NCBI GenBank assembly: GCA_030324005.1
Contig: JARDVH010000110.1
Location: forward strand, 21,173,198 to 21,237,197
DNA length: 64,000 nucleotides
Source of the DNA: Negaprion brevirostris
Lineage: Eukaryota
Direction of reading: 5' to 3'
Both the position numbers and the translations under genes were made by a program. How positions within the stretch are numbered: the first letter of the stretch is position 1; every line of letters starts with the position of its first letter. The notes beneath the pieces are model-generated. The model did not search any database. It saw nothing but the letters and a program-made list of their open reading frames with translations, and was not told where the DNA came from. Positions 1 to 12,639 of this stretch are shown one piece after another.

Positions 1-590
1 AACATTGAATACAGGAGTTGGGACGTCTTGTTGAAGTTGTACAAGACATTGGTAAGGCCGCACTTGGAATACTGTGTGCAGTTCTGGTCACCCTATTATA
101 GAAGGGATATTATTGAACTAGAAAGAGTGCAGAAAAGATTTATTATGATGCTACCGGGACTTTATGGATTGAGTTATAAGGAGAGGCTGAATAGACTGGG
201 ACTTTTTCCTCTGGAGCTTAGGAGGCTGAGGGGTGACCTTATAGAAATCTATAAAATAATGAGTGGCATAGACAAAGTAGATAGTCAATATCTTTTCCTA
301 AAGATAGGGGAGTCTAAAACTAGGGGATATAGGTTAAAGGTGAGAGAGGAGATACAAAAGTGTCCAGAGAGGCAATTTTTTCACACAGAGGGTGTGAGTG
401 TCTGAAAGAAGCTGCCGGAGGCAGTAGTGGAGGTAGGTACAATTTTATCTTTTAAAAAGCATTTAGTTAGTTACGTGGGCACAGTGGGTATAGAAGGATA
501 TGGGCCAAATGTGAGCAATTGGGATTAGTTTAGGGGTTTTAAAATAAAAAGGGTGGCATGGACAAGTTGCTGTAAATCTCTATGACTCTA
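1..590 (+). mobile_element. CR1-type LINE (HER1-like) 3' fragment: RT C-terminus and 3' tail
   Basis: ORF 28-405 reads LYKTLVRPHLEYCVQFWSPYYRRDIIELERVQKRF, a typical CR1 RT C-terminus; frameshifted near 350; ends in a tctatgactcta tail. Confidence 0.9.
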
Positions 591-714
591 AGTGGCTATG
601 AGAAATGGAGCCCCTTTAATGATTTTGATAAGACAAGGAGCTAAAAGATATTTGTATAAGAATCTGAATAGTATTGAGAGAGATGGAGCCAAGAGAACCT
701 GGCTGAGAATATTT

Positions 715-1545
715 TTGATTTGATTTATTATTTTTGTCATATGTATTAGTATACAGTGAAAAGTATTGTTTTTTGCGCGCTATTCAGATGAAGCATACCA
801 TTCATAGAGAAGGAAACGAGAGTGCAGAATGTAGTGTTATAGTCATACAGAGCATACAGAAAGATCAACTCAATGTGAGGTAGTGCCATTTAAAAGTCTG
901 ATGGCAGTAGGGAAGAAGCTGTTCTTGAGTCAGTTGGTACCTAGGACTTTTGTATCTTTTTCCCAAGGGAAGAAGGTGGAAGAGTGTATGTCTGGGGTGT
1001 GTGGGATCCTTAATTATGCTAGCTGCTTTGCTGAGGCAACAGGAAGTGTAGACAGAGTCAATGAATGGGAGGCTGATTTACATGATGAATTGGATATATT
1101 CATGACCTTTTGTAGTTCCTTTCAGTCTTGGGCAGAGCAGGGGCCTTATCAAGTGTGATACAATTGGAAAGAATGCTTTCCATGGTGCGTCTGTATGGGG
1201 GGACCAGGATTGGTTGTTGGTTATCTGGACACCTAAAAACTTGAAGCTTTCAACCATTTCTATTTCGTCTCCATTGATATATTCAGGGCATGTTCTCCTT
1301 TACGGTTCCTGAAGTCGACGACAACCTCCTTCGTTTTGTTGACATTGAGGAAGAGATTAATGTCATTGCACCAGTTTATCAAATTCTCTATCTCATTCCT
1401 GTACTTTGTCTCGTCATTGTTTTACAGTGGTATTATCAACAAACTTAAAAATTGAGTTGGAGGAGAATTTGGCCACATAGTCACAGCTATATAAGTTATA
1501 TAGTAGGGGGCTGAGAACTCAGCCTTGTGGGGCGCTGGTGTTAAA
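715..1545 (-). mobile_element. Rex1/Babar-like LINE 3' fragment
   Basis: Minus strand near 1540-1480 gives NTSAPQG*VLSPLLY, matching the NTGAPQGCVLSPLLY RT motif; a homologous copy lies at 19688-20055/22519-22570. Confidence 0.7.
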
Positions 1546-1579
1546 TATGGTTCTTTGGGATCATTAGATATTGTAGCAG

Positions 1580-2240
1580 TGTAACATAAAGTAGTCAAGT
1601 TTCTCCCTGTCTATGGCCAAATCCGTCTTCTACTCTATGATAATCCTAGAAGCTAAGTACAGTTCCCACTTCCTTAATGAGTCTAGCTATTGATCAAGCC
1701 TTGTCCTTGATAGTACTGGCAATAACACTTTTCATCACTTTAATGGGAGTAAACTGATGGGTCGGTATGTGGCAGAATGAATTTGTCCTGCATTATATGT
1801 ACAGGACATATCTGGGCAATTTTCCAAATTGCCAGGTACATTAACAGAGTTGAAACTTTACTGGGACAGTTTGGTTAGAAGCATAGCTGTATCTGTTGCA
1901 TGTCTTCGGTACCACAGCTAAGATGATGTTAGTATTCACAACCTTTTTTGTATCGAATGCCTTCAGCTATTTCTTCATGTCACATGAAATGAATTGAATT
2001 GTCTGTGGACCAGCATCTGTGATGCTGGGAACCTCATGAAGAAGCGAAGATGCATCCTTCCCTCCTTGTCCAATGCTTGATAATGTCAGGAGAGAAGCAT
2101 CAATTGTGTCAATGAACAATATCCATGCATTATTGTGCAAGGTTGGCTATTTCATCTACATAGCTGTAGATTACTAAGCAAACTTGTGCCACATTATTGG
2201 CCTCCAAATATGAGTGCATTAAATAATAAGCAATTTCCAT
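1580..2240 (-). mobile_element. Degenerate LINE (CR1/L2-clade) RT fragment
   Basis: Reverse-complement similarity to the + strand RT fragment at 11150-11590 (e.g. cagcatctgtgatgctgggaacctc). Confidence 0.6.
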
Positions 2241-2689
2241 ATTATTTTTAAAACTACATCTAACTCTTGTTTTTCTGTTAGGCAAAATGTCTTGTTCCCA
2301 CCTGTCAGTGCTGTAATGCATTTCAGCTTTAAAACAGTTGATTTCTGTCCATAGAAATCTAAACGTTCTGGGATAAAGAATGTATTTAGCTATTTTCTTT
2401 ATCAGCATTAAGTCTGATCACATTTTCCCTCCAAAACAAACACATTAATTGTTTGCACATAGCTTGGTGATAAACTGCCTAAAGATGCCATGGTATTAAT
2501 TTAATAATAGAGAAATTTCTGTTTGAATTACAATCAAATACATAATGATCCTTTGTTATCTCAGGAATTGAAACAATATATGACGTGCAAAAACTTGTTG
2601 TTCTACCATTTCTAAATGGGAAGTAAAAATAGTAATTTAGTTGTTCCCTTTTATATTTTTATGGTCGTCTTCCTCTACCAAACATATAG

Positions 2690-2806
2690 AATGATACTCA
2701 GCCAGACTCTGCAGATGAAAACGACTTGGATATGTTTTTATCAACATCGAGGAAGTCACAAGTGGAGCGTGGTGGAGGAGCTGCAAAGAAAGAAAATGTC
2801 TGTCAG
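2690..2806 (+). CDS. NSD1: NSD1 coding exon (linker into PHD1), 117 bp
   Basis: atatag|AAT...TGTCAG|gtatgt; NDTQPDSADENDLDMFLSTSRKSQVERGGGAAKKENVCQ. Not the frame given in the ORF track. Confidence 0.88.
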
Positions 2807-2844
2807 GTATGTGCAGTTGCTAGTAGCTGTGCATTGTCTTAGTC

Positions 2845-3075
2845 ATGGCTCAGTTGATGGCTCTCTTGTGTGTTTCAGTCCCATTTCAGAGACTTGAGCA
2901 CAAGAATGTAGGTTGACATTCTAGTGCAGTTTTGACGGAATGCTGCACTGTTGGAGATGCCAGTTTTGGATGAAACATCAGATGTAGGTCCCCATCAGCT
3001 CCCTCGGGTGGGTGAAACAGATTCCATGGCACCATTTCAAAGAACAATGCTATTTTCTAAACTAATGGACCAGTA
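2845..3075 (+). mobile_element. Deu-domain SINE relic (SacSINE1/AmnSINE1-like)
   Basis: tRNA-like head (ggctcagttg) followed by gctgcactgttggagatgcc...ggatgaaac...ggtccccatcagctccctcgggtgggtgaaacagattccatggcaccatttcaaagaa, resembling the Deu core as recalled. Confidence 0.65.
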
Positions 3076-3579
3076 AAATCACAGTAATGTTGCCCTTTGA
3101 AAATTATGATCTCTGAGAATGTGGTTTTATTATAGTAATGAAAATGTAGGGAATAATCATGATAATCCTGCAGTATTCAGCATTAATGAGTAATGAGAGT
3201 TTATTTAAACAGCTGTGTTTTTTTTTTGCTAAAGAGGTTTGAAAAGCAGATGAAAAAGAAACTTGACTTTAACTTTATAAATGTTGCTGTTGTTCCATTG
3301 CATAAATGGGTTTGACATCGTAAGTAGATATTCTCTACCATTGACATGCATGTTACAGCTCACACCTAGCCCATTAACACTCACCACTGTCCTCTGCCAC
3401 CATGTTTCCCTGAAAAACTAACAGAAGCCGCCACTCAGACCATAGTGAAAATGACAGGCAGCTTTGACACTGCTGCAGGACCATCAGATGATACAGTTGG
3501 TGGGCTTTATGTACCGCTGCAGTTCACCAGTTGGCTATGCAAATATCTATTATGTAAACTAGGCAATTGCTAAATTGTA

Positions 3580-3680
3580 AGAACATAGAACATTACAGCG
3601 CAATACAGGCCCTTTGGCCCTCGATGTTGTGCCGACCATTGGAACCAATCCAATGACCCTCTAACTTAAACTATTCCAAG
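3580..3680 (-). mobile_element. Short CR1-type 3' tail
   Basis: aacatagaacattacagcgcaatacaggccctttggccc is the reverse complement of a shark CR1-like 3' end. Confidence 0.6.
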
Positions 3681-4315
3681 GTGCAACCAAGATGAAATCA
3701 ACCTGCAGGTGGTAAATTATGGAGAAAATCTTTAAACTTGCACCACTTGCAGTGTAAAACAGAATGAAATGAGTTTATTTTTTTAACATAATTTGTAGTA
3801 TATTAATCACGTGAAACACTGAGGCATTGTGCTGCTTTTCCTAACCTATGGAATTTTCCTATTCCATATGCCTCAGTGTAACAATATATGATGTATTTAT
3901 CAATTAATTAATTGGGTAGGTGAAACAAACTGGAATTAAACATAAAAAGCAGGGATATAGTTGTGGCACAGGAGAAAGACAAAGCAAGCAGAGATTACTT
4001 CTGCCCTGTTGATTTATCATACCTTGGTCCTAGTACAGTGGCTAATTTAAGTTCTTTTTTTCTGTAGTGGTACCTCTTGGTCACAGTCATTCTGGAACTA
4101 TAATTATTTTGTTACTTTTCAACATGGCTGAATTTGGGAACTCAGCTGGGTAGATATTATAACCTGTATTGGGCCATTCTTCTATCATATATTTGTGCTT
4201 TTGCTACACCAACCAGTCGGTAGTTATGATACCTTCCTCTTAGCTTAGTCATAGACATAATTTCCACAGCAGGTACTTTGGCTAACTCAGCCAATAAAAA
4301 TGTTGTCAACTCCTT

Positions 4316-4746
4316 GGGGTGGCATAGTGGTTAGCACAACTGTCTCACGGAGCTAGAGACCCAGGTTTGATTGCAGCCTTGGTGATTGTGTGGAGTTTGC
4401 ACATTCTCCCCATGTCTACAAGGGTTTCCTCTGGGTGTGGTTTCCTCCCACAGACTAAAGATGTGCAGGTTAGGTGGATTGCTGATGGCAAATTTGTAGG
4501 GATATGGGAATAGGGTTGGGGGGGGAGCGTTTGGCCTGGGTGGGCTGCTCTTACAGAGAGATGGGCCACAGTTTTACTGCCTGGTCCACCACGGCAATCA
4601 GAGAGGGCAAGGGATGGACAATGGAAATGTTGAGCTTAGGGTGGGATTTTCATGGCTTCGGGACAAGCGAGGCTGTAAAATCCTGCCAATGGTGCAAACC
4701 TGATGGGCCAAATGGCCTCTTTCTGCACTGTAGGGATTCTATGATC
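4316..4746 (+). mobile_element. HE1-like tRNA-derived V-SINE with a small internal MITE (~4638-4690)
   Basis: A/B-box head, V-core (tgtggagtttgcacattctcccc...gggtttcctc), CR1-like tail (gggccaaatggcc...gggattctatga). Confidence 0.85.
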
Positions 4747-4989
4747 CTGTGGTCTTTCCATTCCTTAAATTTCCATCACCTTCTTAGGCCCAGATTTTTT
4801 AATCTCAAATCAGGTGCATGGAGATAGGAGAATCCCTGGCTTTGTGAACCTTACCTTTTAAAATATCTGCCCAATTTTCGGTCAAGGAAAAGGATGGGTA
4901 AGCTAGACTAAAAGTGATTAGCTAAATTTGAAGAATTACTAAAACCATGTGATGGTTATTTTAACCTAAGAAGTACCAAAATCTTCAAA

Positions 4990-6280
4990 AGGGACATATT
5001 GTACTTGTCCAGCAGCCAAGAGAACCTATCAACACACTCATTAATGATCTGTACAGGATATCTGAAGACTGAATTTGAGACCAAAAATCTGAACTTATGA
5101 TCAATAGAATAGTGGAGGGGTAGAATATCTACTCCGCTAGGAGTAGCAGATGATGCGGAGATATGCTGCAGTGAATGAAGATCTAATGAAAACTCTTCAG
5201 ATTTTAGGCAGTCTAAACTATGTGCGCTGCATAAGTCCATTTGAAGAGAAGAAAGTAAACCATGCGATAAAGGAAACCCCGCAGCCCAGTTAAACAGTAA
5301 CGAAATAAGGACATTCCAGGTCAAGGGAAGCAGGACCCAAACAAACCAGTAGAGTGACCATGCCAACACTGTTAGGAAAGCAAAATCAATGTTCTGCAAA
5401 TTTAGCCTAATGAATTTAATGTAACAGAATTGGACACTACGGTAAACTGTTCAAGGCCAAAAAATCTAAACACAGAAGACCCAAGGATGATTTATGAGAT
5501 CAAGACAGCAGGCCAAGAGAACACACAGCCATGCTTCTTGGATAAGGTCAAATATACAGAATTTTCTTATTGTAGTCACCACATTTCAGTGAGCAACCAT
5601 CTCACAAATTGGTCAGATCAGTCAACCGCTCAGATCGTTACCACAGTGCCTCCAGTTGAAGATAGATAGGAGAGCAACCAACAACCAGAAGATCAAGCTC
5701 TGACTACAATAATTACTGATCACAGAGCAAATGCTGCAATTCCTGGCCAGCATGATACGCGACAGACAATGCAGAAACCAAACAGCTGCCATCCGTTGCT
5801 GACAGCACACCNNNNNNNNNNNNNNNNNNNNNNNNNNNNNNNNNNNNNNNNNNNNNNNNNNNNNNNNNNNNNNNNNNNNNNNNNNNNNNNNNNNNNNNNN
5901 NNNNNNNNNNNCAGCTGCCATCCGTTGCTGACAGCACACCACACATCTAAACTCAAATGGGGGCTTACCAAAAAAAAACACACCCTAATAACAGAAAAGC
6001 TCACCTTCCGTACAGAGGACATTGTAACAATCCATGTGACAAAAGAAGAAAGGAAATAAATGACATGGAGAGAAGCACAATTATCGTCCACCTGCAAGAA
6101 ACAGAATAAAACAGCAACCATCTATAACTACAAATGCCAAATCAAAAAAGAATGGTTCAATACCAAGGAATGGAAAAAGAGGATTAAAAGATACCCAGAT
6201 ACCAAAACAACTATGAAATCAATAGTTTACTTGCAATAACAGAAATCTTCTGATAGAAATATGAATAAGATCTGGAAGGG
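4990..6280 (+). mobile_element. Degenerate Ty3/Gypsy LTR-retrotransposon internal remnant (gag and integrase pieces)
   Basis: + strand reads QPREPINTLINDLYRISED*...KSELMINRIV (gag-like), CNRIGHYGKL (decayed Zn knuckle, ~5420) and FLIVV (~5560); many stops and frameshifts. Confidence 0.55.
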
Positions 6281-7673
6281 TCAAAGGGCTTCCACACCAC
6301 CAGAATGGGCCTGAATTTTTCAGGCGAGTATGTGACCCAGAGCTGTGTCCACTGACAATTAAAAGATTTTATGTTGCCCATGCAATTTGCGCTTGTTTTT
6401 ATCCATTTATCATTTTCATTGTGACTATGCTGCTGTTAAATCTGTGCATTTTGCCATATTTCCTTTAGATTGCGGTAGCTTTCCACATTAGTTCACCAAT
6501 AAGTCTGTGCCAAAATACTAACAAACTGTACAAACCTCGGGGAACATTGGTGTTTCCAAAAGATATTGACATTGAAAATCCATAACCATTTTGCATATTG
6601 CCATTTTAATATATGGGGAATGGATTGGGCAGGTTGAGCTGATTGCAGGGGCCCTGTGAACATGAAATTCCTTAGCCCAGGCCTTCATTATGACCCAGCA
6701 TAAAGATTTGTCCTTTGTCATTGGAGGTGTTCCAACTGTCCCAACAGTAGATAGAGAATATGACCAGATGTCTGCATAATAAAAACAGTTTTTTAACAAA
6801 GACTTCCTGTACAAAAGAGAGCAAACACACTTTGATCGCTCCATCTATGCTACCTCAGCTGGGCAAATCAGAGCTGCTGCAACAGCAGGCAGACAAATGC
6901 ATCCTTAAAGTCCCACCCACACTGGGTGGGACTTACGCCACCCCATGATGTATTTTGTGGAGGCTGAGGCAGCCCACCATTGGTGGTGGGATCTTCTGAA
7001 CCAGAAGATCCTGCTGTAGGGATGGCTGGACAATCCCTCCCACTCTTGCTAAATTGCTGAATACCCAATTTCCATTATGTCACTGACATAATGATTTTGA
7101 CCTTGCTCTTATTCATAAAAACCGAAATGCTTTTGGGTTCTATATATTTGAATCTCTGTCTATGAACCCTTTCTATTGAATAGTTCCCATTTGTTGTTCT
7201 TCTTCCCAAAGAACATTTTCCCCCAAAGAATCTTACAATCCTACAAATTTAAGTTGCAGCTGCCACCAATTTGCCCATTCTGGTAATCTACAAGTCGTCT
7301 TGAAATGTTTTACGTTCCTCCTCACAAACTTGCCAAACTGTCCTATTTTATGTCTTCGTCAAATTTTGCTACTTCTGTCTTTGTGCCAAGTCCAAATTGT
7401 GTCAGAACAAAAATTGGCCTGATACTGAGTAGGTTGCACCACTTCAACCCTTTTCCTACTCAGCATGTTAGAATTTGAAATAATTAGCAGTTTTGACTTA
7501 AGAGTCTGTGCTTTAAATAATGGGAAACAACTTTGATTTTTAAACTTGGCTCTCTTTAAAGCACTAACCAGAAGGTGGTATTATTCACTTTTTCAATATT
7601 GAAATTTACCACCCATATTAATCTTTATAGAGCATTGTTTTTAACAATTTGCCCTCTTTCCTCTCCTCCAAAG

Positions 7674-7797
7674 CTGTGTGAGAAAACTGGGGAATTGCTG
7701 CTTTGTGAAGGACAGTGCTGTGGAGCCTTTCATTTAAAGTGCCTAGGTTTAACCAAAATGCCCGAAGGAAAATTTATGTGCAAAGAATGTACCACAG
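7674..7797 (+). CDS. NSD1: NSD1 coding exon, PHD1, 124 bp
   Basis: ccaaag|CTG...ACAG|gtaaag; [41 protein letters not shown]. Confidence 0.95.
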
Positions 7798-8029
7798 GTA
7801 AAGTATGTATTCATATGGTGATACTTAATTAAATAATAGCTTAAATGATTGATATTTTGTATTTTATTTACCTAAAATTTTTAAGTACATTAACATTAAA
7901 CATGCTTAATGTTCCTCTTTTTCTTAAAGCTGAGACTCGTTTCTTGAGAAAGGAGGCGGCTCAGGGTTGACATAATAGCAAAAGAGTTTGTTTTGGAGAT
8001 GTTTTCATCTGTAAGGAAGTCCAAAGCTA

Positions 8030-8290
8030 GGATCCATAAGGATAAGAAAGTCATTAATAAATCTAATAAATAAATACTTCAGGAAGTGTATATATACCTA
8101 GTTTGGGATTTGTTACCACAAGAAGTACTTGACATAAATAGCATAAATGCATTTAAGGAGAGGCCAGATAAGCACACAAGGGAGAAAGGAACAGAAAGTT
8201 TTGCTGTTAGGATGAGAAATGGTTCATGTGGGGCATAAAAACCAGCACAGATCATTTGAGCCAAAGACCTGTCCCTGGTGTATTTTTTTT
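8030..8290 (+). mobile_element. CR1-type LINE 3' remnant
   Basis: aatgcatttaaggagaggccagataagcac...accagcacagatcatttgagccaaagacctg resembles decayed CR1 3' sequence. Confidence 0.55.
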
Positions 8291-8784
8291 TTAAATTGTG
8301 TATTATCTGCAGAGGGACTTGCTGCTTATTTAACAATTATGCAGAAATGTTTAATCCAAACATTTAAACCTTTTGTTTTTTGACTCTTCAATTCCACTCA
8401 ATTAGCATATAGTTTATTCCCCAATTAGCAACCTTCTTATCCTTCCTACAGTGCAGCAATCCTGCAGCAAGTGGATAGGAAAGTTGTCAAGGCACTCAGA
8501 AGCATGAGAGAGCAGGCCTTGTTAAGCAGATGCATACAAAGACACTAATTTCGAAAATAGCAAAGGAAGTTTAAAATAGGTTGGCTGTTAAGTTTGCATA
8601 TGGAAGTTTAGCAATTTAAATAAAAACACAAGAAAAATAATAATAAGTATCAGCTGTGAGCTATTTCATGTTTCATAAAGCTCTTGTCTTCTCTTTTTAC
8701 CCTGAATTAAACAAAATAATAATCAATAGAATATAATCGGTGGCAGGGTTTGAATAATAAACCAATAAGAAATGGTTTCTTACG

Positions 8785-9155
8785 GGAAGCTCTGGCATAG
8801 TGGTATTTTCACTGGACTAGTAATCCAGAGACACAGGGTAATGCTCTGGGGACCCAGGTTCAAATCCCACCATGTCAGATGATGAAATTTGATTTCAATA
8901 AAAATCTGGAATTAAAAGTCTAATGGTAACTATGACTCCATTGTCGATTGTTGTAAAAAAAAAAAGCCATCTTGTTCACTAATGTCCTTTAGGGAAAGAA
9001 ATCTGCCTTCCAAATCTGGTCTGGCTTACGTGCGATTTCAGATCCACAGCCCTCTGAAATGACCTAGCAAACCACTGAGTTCAAGGGCAGTTAGGGATGG
9101 GCAATAAATGCTGGCTCAGCCAGCAATGGCTAGATCTCCTGAACGAATACAAAAA
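8785..9155 (+). mobile_element. tRNA-derived SINE with LINE-type tail (second family)
   Basis: ggcatagtggta (A box), ggttcaaatccc (B box), tail gggatgggcaataaatgctgg; related copy at 62845-63190. Confidence 0.75.
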
Positions 9156-9805
9156 AGCACCATAAACCAGAAAGGTGGAGTCAGAGTTTAAGTAACCCAA
9201 AAGGAAGAAGGGAACATTTTGAAAGTTTTGCATTCAAAAATGTGCTAGTGAACATTGCAACATATGAATGAATGGCACTGGGGACAATGGAAAGGTTTCT
9301 GCGAAAATGGGTGTTTAGTGTGAAATTTATTGGAGCTAAGAAATGAGACAGTTTGATATAGGAACAGTAAGTCAAATACATGGGGTGATAATGAATGTAA
9401 AGTTATATAATGTGATTAAGGAAATGACAAAGAAAATTGAGAAGTGTTCTATAGGGCAGTAACATTCTGCAATCTGCAGAGGTGAAACTTAAGTTCTTGC
9501 ATAAGAATGTACCAGACAAGGGTCAATCCAGTTAAAGAAAAGTTTAATTTAAAAAGGAAACCAGGTATTCACTTGGGATGTACAATTGTAAGCTCCACTG
9601 GTGGGCTTGCAGTGTTATATTAGAAAATAAGTTAGGACAAGAATGAAGAATGAAGGACTCGTTTAAAGTCGGTGGCAAAAGTTTCTCCTGGCCAGTTAGA
9701 TAAAGATGAGTTGACAAGTAAAGTTTCCGGAGATTTTCGCGATATTATCTAAATGTGACTGTACTCCTCCAAACAAGTCAAAATGTAACATTATACTTTC
9801 ACCAG

Positions 9806-10006
9806 GTGTTCATACTTGCTTTGTGTGTAGAGAAAATGAGAACGATGTGAAGCGATGTCTTATGCCACTGTGTGGGAAGTTTTATCATATGGAGTGCATT
9901 AAAAAGTACCCTACCACAGTACTGCAGAACAAAGGATTCCGGTGCTCAATCCATGTCTGCCTGGCTTGTTATGCCTGCAATCCTACTAATCCAAGAGCAA
10001 GTAAAG
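9806..10006 (+). CDS. NSD1: NSD1 coding exon, PHD2/PHD3 start, 201 bp
   Basis: caccag|GT GTT CAT...AAAG|gtactg; VHTCFVCRENENDVKRCLMPLCGKFYHMECIKKYPTTVLQNKGFRCSIHVCLACYACNPTNPRASK. Confidence 0.95.
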
Positions 10007-10437
10007 GTACTGTATACAAAGAGTACACTTTACAAAAGATAATATTCAGAGCAAGTAGTAAAACGAGCAATATCTCTCTGGGAGATGTAATCAGTTCAAC
10101 TGTGATCAGCTTTGTTATATTTCTTGTGAACTTTTAAAAGGCAGAAACTTAAACTTCATAATTGCATTAGCGCATTTTTTTTGACCAGTGATTATTCCCT
10201 AAAATTTGACACTGTCACATATTGTCTGACAACACTCAGTCTTAGAACATTTTACTATGTTAGTGGCACAATAATGCTAGTTATTGTATTTTCTAAATTT
10301 AATGAAGCATGATATTGTTCAGTTGTAAGTGAAAATTATTGTGAAAATGATTTTGGATGCATAATAAAAGTGTCGAGCATGAATAGACTAGATTGTCATG
10401 TAATGGTTTTGTTTATTTGCATTTCTTTGTGTGTTAG

Positions 10438-10626
10438 GTCGAATGATGCGCTGTGTGAGGTGTCCTGTGGCTTATCATGCCAGCGATAATTGTCTTGCAG
10501 CAGGATGTGTGGTGCTGGCTTCAAACAGTATTATATGTACTAATCACTTCACTCCACGGAGAGGCTGCAGGCATCATGGACACGTCAATGTCAGCTGGTG
10601 CTTTGTATGCTCAGAANNNNNNNNNG
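10438..10626 (+). CDS. NSD1: NSD1 coding exon, PHD3/PHD4 start (180 bp once the 9-N gap at 10617-10625 is removed)
   Basis: tgttag|GT CGA ATG; [60 protein letters not shown]; donor G|gtagta directly after the Ns. Confidence 0.92.
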
Positions 10627-10959
10627 GTAGTATATGATATGTACATTTTTTTCCTTTTCTCTTACTCCAGTTTAGTTTATTTTCCTGAAACTTTTTTACA
10701 GTATTCATGTGCAAATTAATACAACATTCCTTTATTTGCTATTTAATAGGTTTTACTCACTTTAATAAATGAGACCTCAAAGACTGTTGTCCCTGATAAG
10801 TCTACTCTCAATCATCAGTAGAGTGATGGTAGGAATCATCAACGTTGCTGTCAAGTGGCATTTAGAATAACCTGCTCACTGATGTTTAGTTTGGGTCCCA
10901 CCAAACCTGCTCACTGAAGTTTAGTCTGGGTTCTGCCAGAGTCACTCAACTTTTGACCT

Positions 10960-11935
10960 TACAACATCTTTGGTCCAAACATAGACAAGAGAGCTGAACA
11001 CCAGGTGTCAGTGACAGTGATGTCAAGGCAGTGTTTGACCGAGTATGGCATGAAGGTGCTTTAGCAAAACTGGAGTCAGTGGGAATGAGGGGGAAAATTG
11101 ATTGGAGAGTGCAAAAAGGCACACCAGGAGCGACGCCAGGCATACCTGAAAATTAGGTGTCGACCTGGAGAAACCATAACACAGTCTATTCGCATGCCAG
11201 ATAGCAAACGCAGCAAGTAATAGACAGAGCTAAGCAATTCCACAACCAACAGATAAGATCTGAGCTCTGCAGTCCTACCACATTCAGCTGTAAATGGTGG
11301 TGGGCAGTTAACAACTCATTGGAAGAGGAGGCTCCACAAATGCCTCCATCCTCAGTGATGGAGGAGCAGAGCACATCTGTGCAAAAAATAAGGCATTTGC
11401 AACAATTTTCAGCCAAAAGTGCCAATTGGATCATCCATCTCTGCCTCCTCCAGAGGTTTTCAGCATCACAAATGCTAGTCTCCAGCCAATTCAATTCACT
11501 CCAAGTGACATCAAGAAGTGGCTGAAGGCACTGGATACTGCAAAGGCTGTGGGCCCTGACAATATTCTGGCAATGGTCCTGCAGACTTTCAATGGCATTA
11601 CTATTGCTGTTGGCTGGACGGCTGCTTTGTGATGAGGAGCAATGCCAACAGTGCGGGTTCAATTCCAGCTGAAGTGATTCATGAAGGCTAGTGATTAGCC
11701 TCAACCTTGCCCTTGCCTGAGGTGTGATGATCTTCAGGTTAAATCACCACCAGTCAGCTCTCTCCTTCAAAGGGGAGAACAGACTATGGTGACTATACAT
11801 TTACTATCAACGTCATGGAGTTACAGTTGGCCAGAAAATCAATTGGACTAGCCATATAAATGATGTAGCTATAAGAGCAGGTCACAATCCTGGGCAACAA
11901 ATGCTGGCTGAATCACCGACAGCCACATCCTAATA
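10960..11935 (+). mobile_element. Rearranged LINE RT fragments with an inserted tRNA-SINE (~11600-11800)
   Basis: DIKKWLKALDTAKAVGPDNILAMVLQT is an RT-upstream motif; AVFDRVWHEG-like text at ~11030; the SINE matches 60425-60640 in reverse. Confidence 0.7.
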
Positions 11936-12639
11936 ATTAATTTTTAAAAACTGGGTTGATACCACCATTAAAATCATAGACAGAAAAATGTTACACTATT
12001 ACATTAATTATCTGTTCACTTTTATTTTGAATAGTAATTGCAATCCTAACCATTTAAAATAGGAAGTCATTTTTATTTGGCAAAAAGAGATGACTATTAA
12101 TTTCAAAGTTGTCAATTAAAGCATCCTAAATGCATTGTTTATTTTGTTCACTAACTTCTTCTATTTATTCATTAGCTTGCAGATTTCACTTCCCTTTGGC
12201 TTCTATTTCTTCTACAATTTAAAACACAGGTTTAATATCACAGAAAAGTTTTCCAAAAACCATAGCCATAACCTAAGAGAGAGTAAATTGAAGGGAATGA
12301 ATTATTATTTGGAAGCTGAATTGAGAGTTGATATTATTTGATGATGTGTTGTTTGGATTGTGGTTTATGCTAAATATACTTTGGTTCATATATGGATGAT
12401 TGGGACTTTAATATAACCAACACTCAAGTAAAGAATTTGGCAAAGAGCAAGGAGAACATGTAAGACTCTACATAGATAGGTGTTAACTATGATCTGAAAT
12501 TTGTGCAGTTTAAAAATTTTGATAGGGAAAATGTTGAAAGAGCATGAGAAAAGATGCTGAAAGGCGCAGATGAACAAAGAGATCTGGGATTCAAATAATA
12601 CATGAAAATATAAATGCTGTACAGTGCCAATTGTAAAAC

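Noticed and set aside
4316-4400. tRNA-like A/B boxes here and at other SINE heads
   Set aside because: They run straight into SINE cores and lack an intact cloverleaf, so they are not tRNA genes.
5783-5940. Direct repeat cagctgccatccgttgctgacagcacacc on both sides of a 100-N gap
   Set aside because: Identical sequence flanking a placeholder gap indicates unmerged contig overlap, an assembly artefact.
10870-10940. 35-bp tandem duplication (aacctgctcactga.gtttagt.tgggt)
   Set aside because: Two-copy local slippage with no supporting signal.
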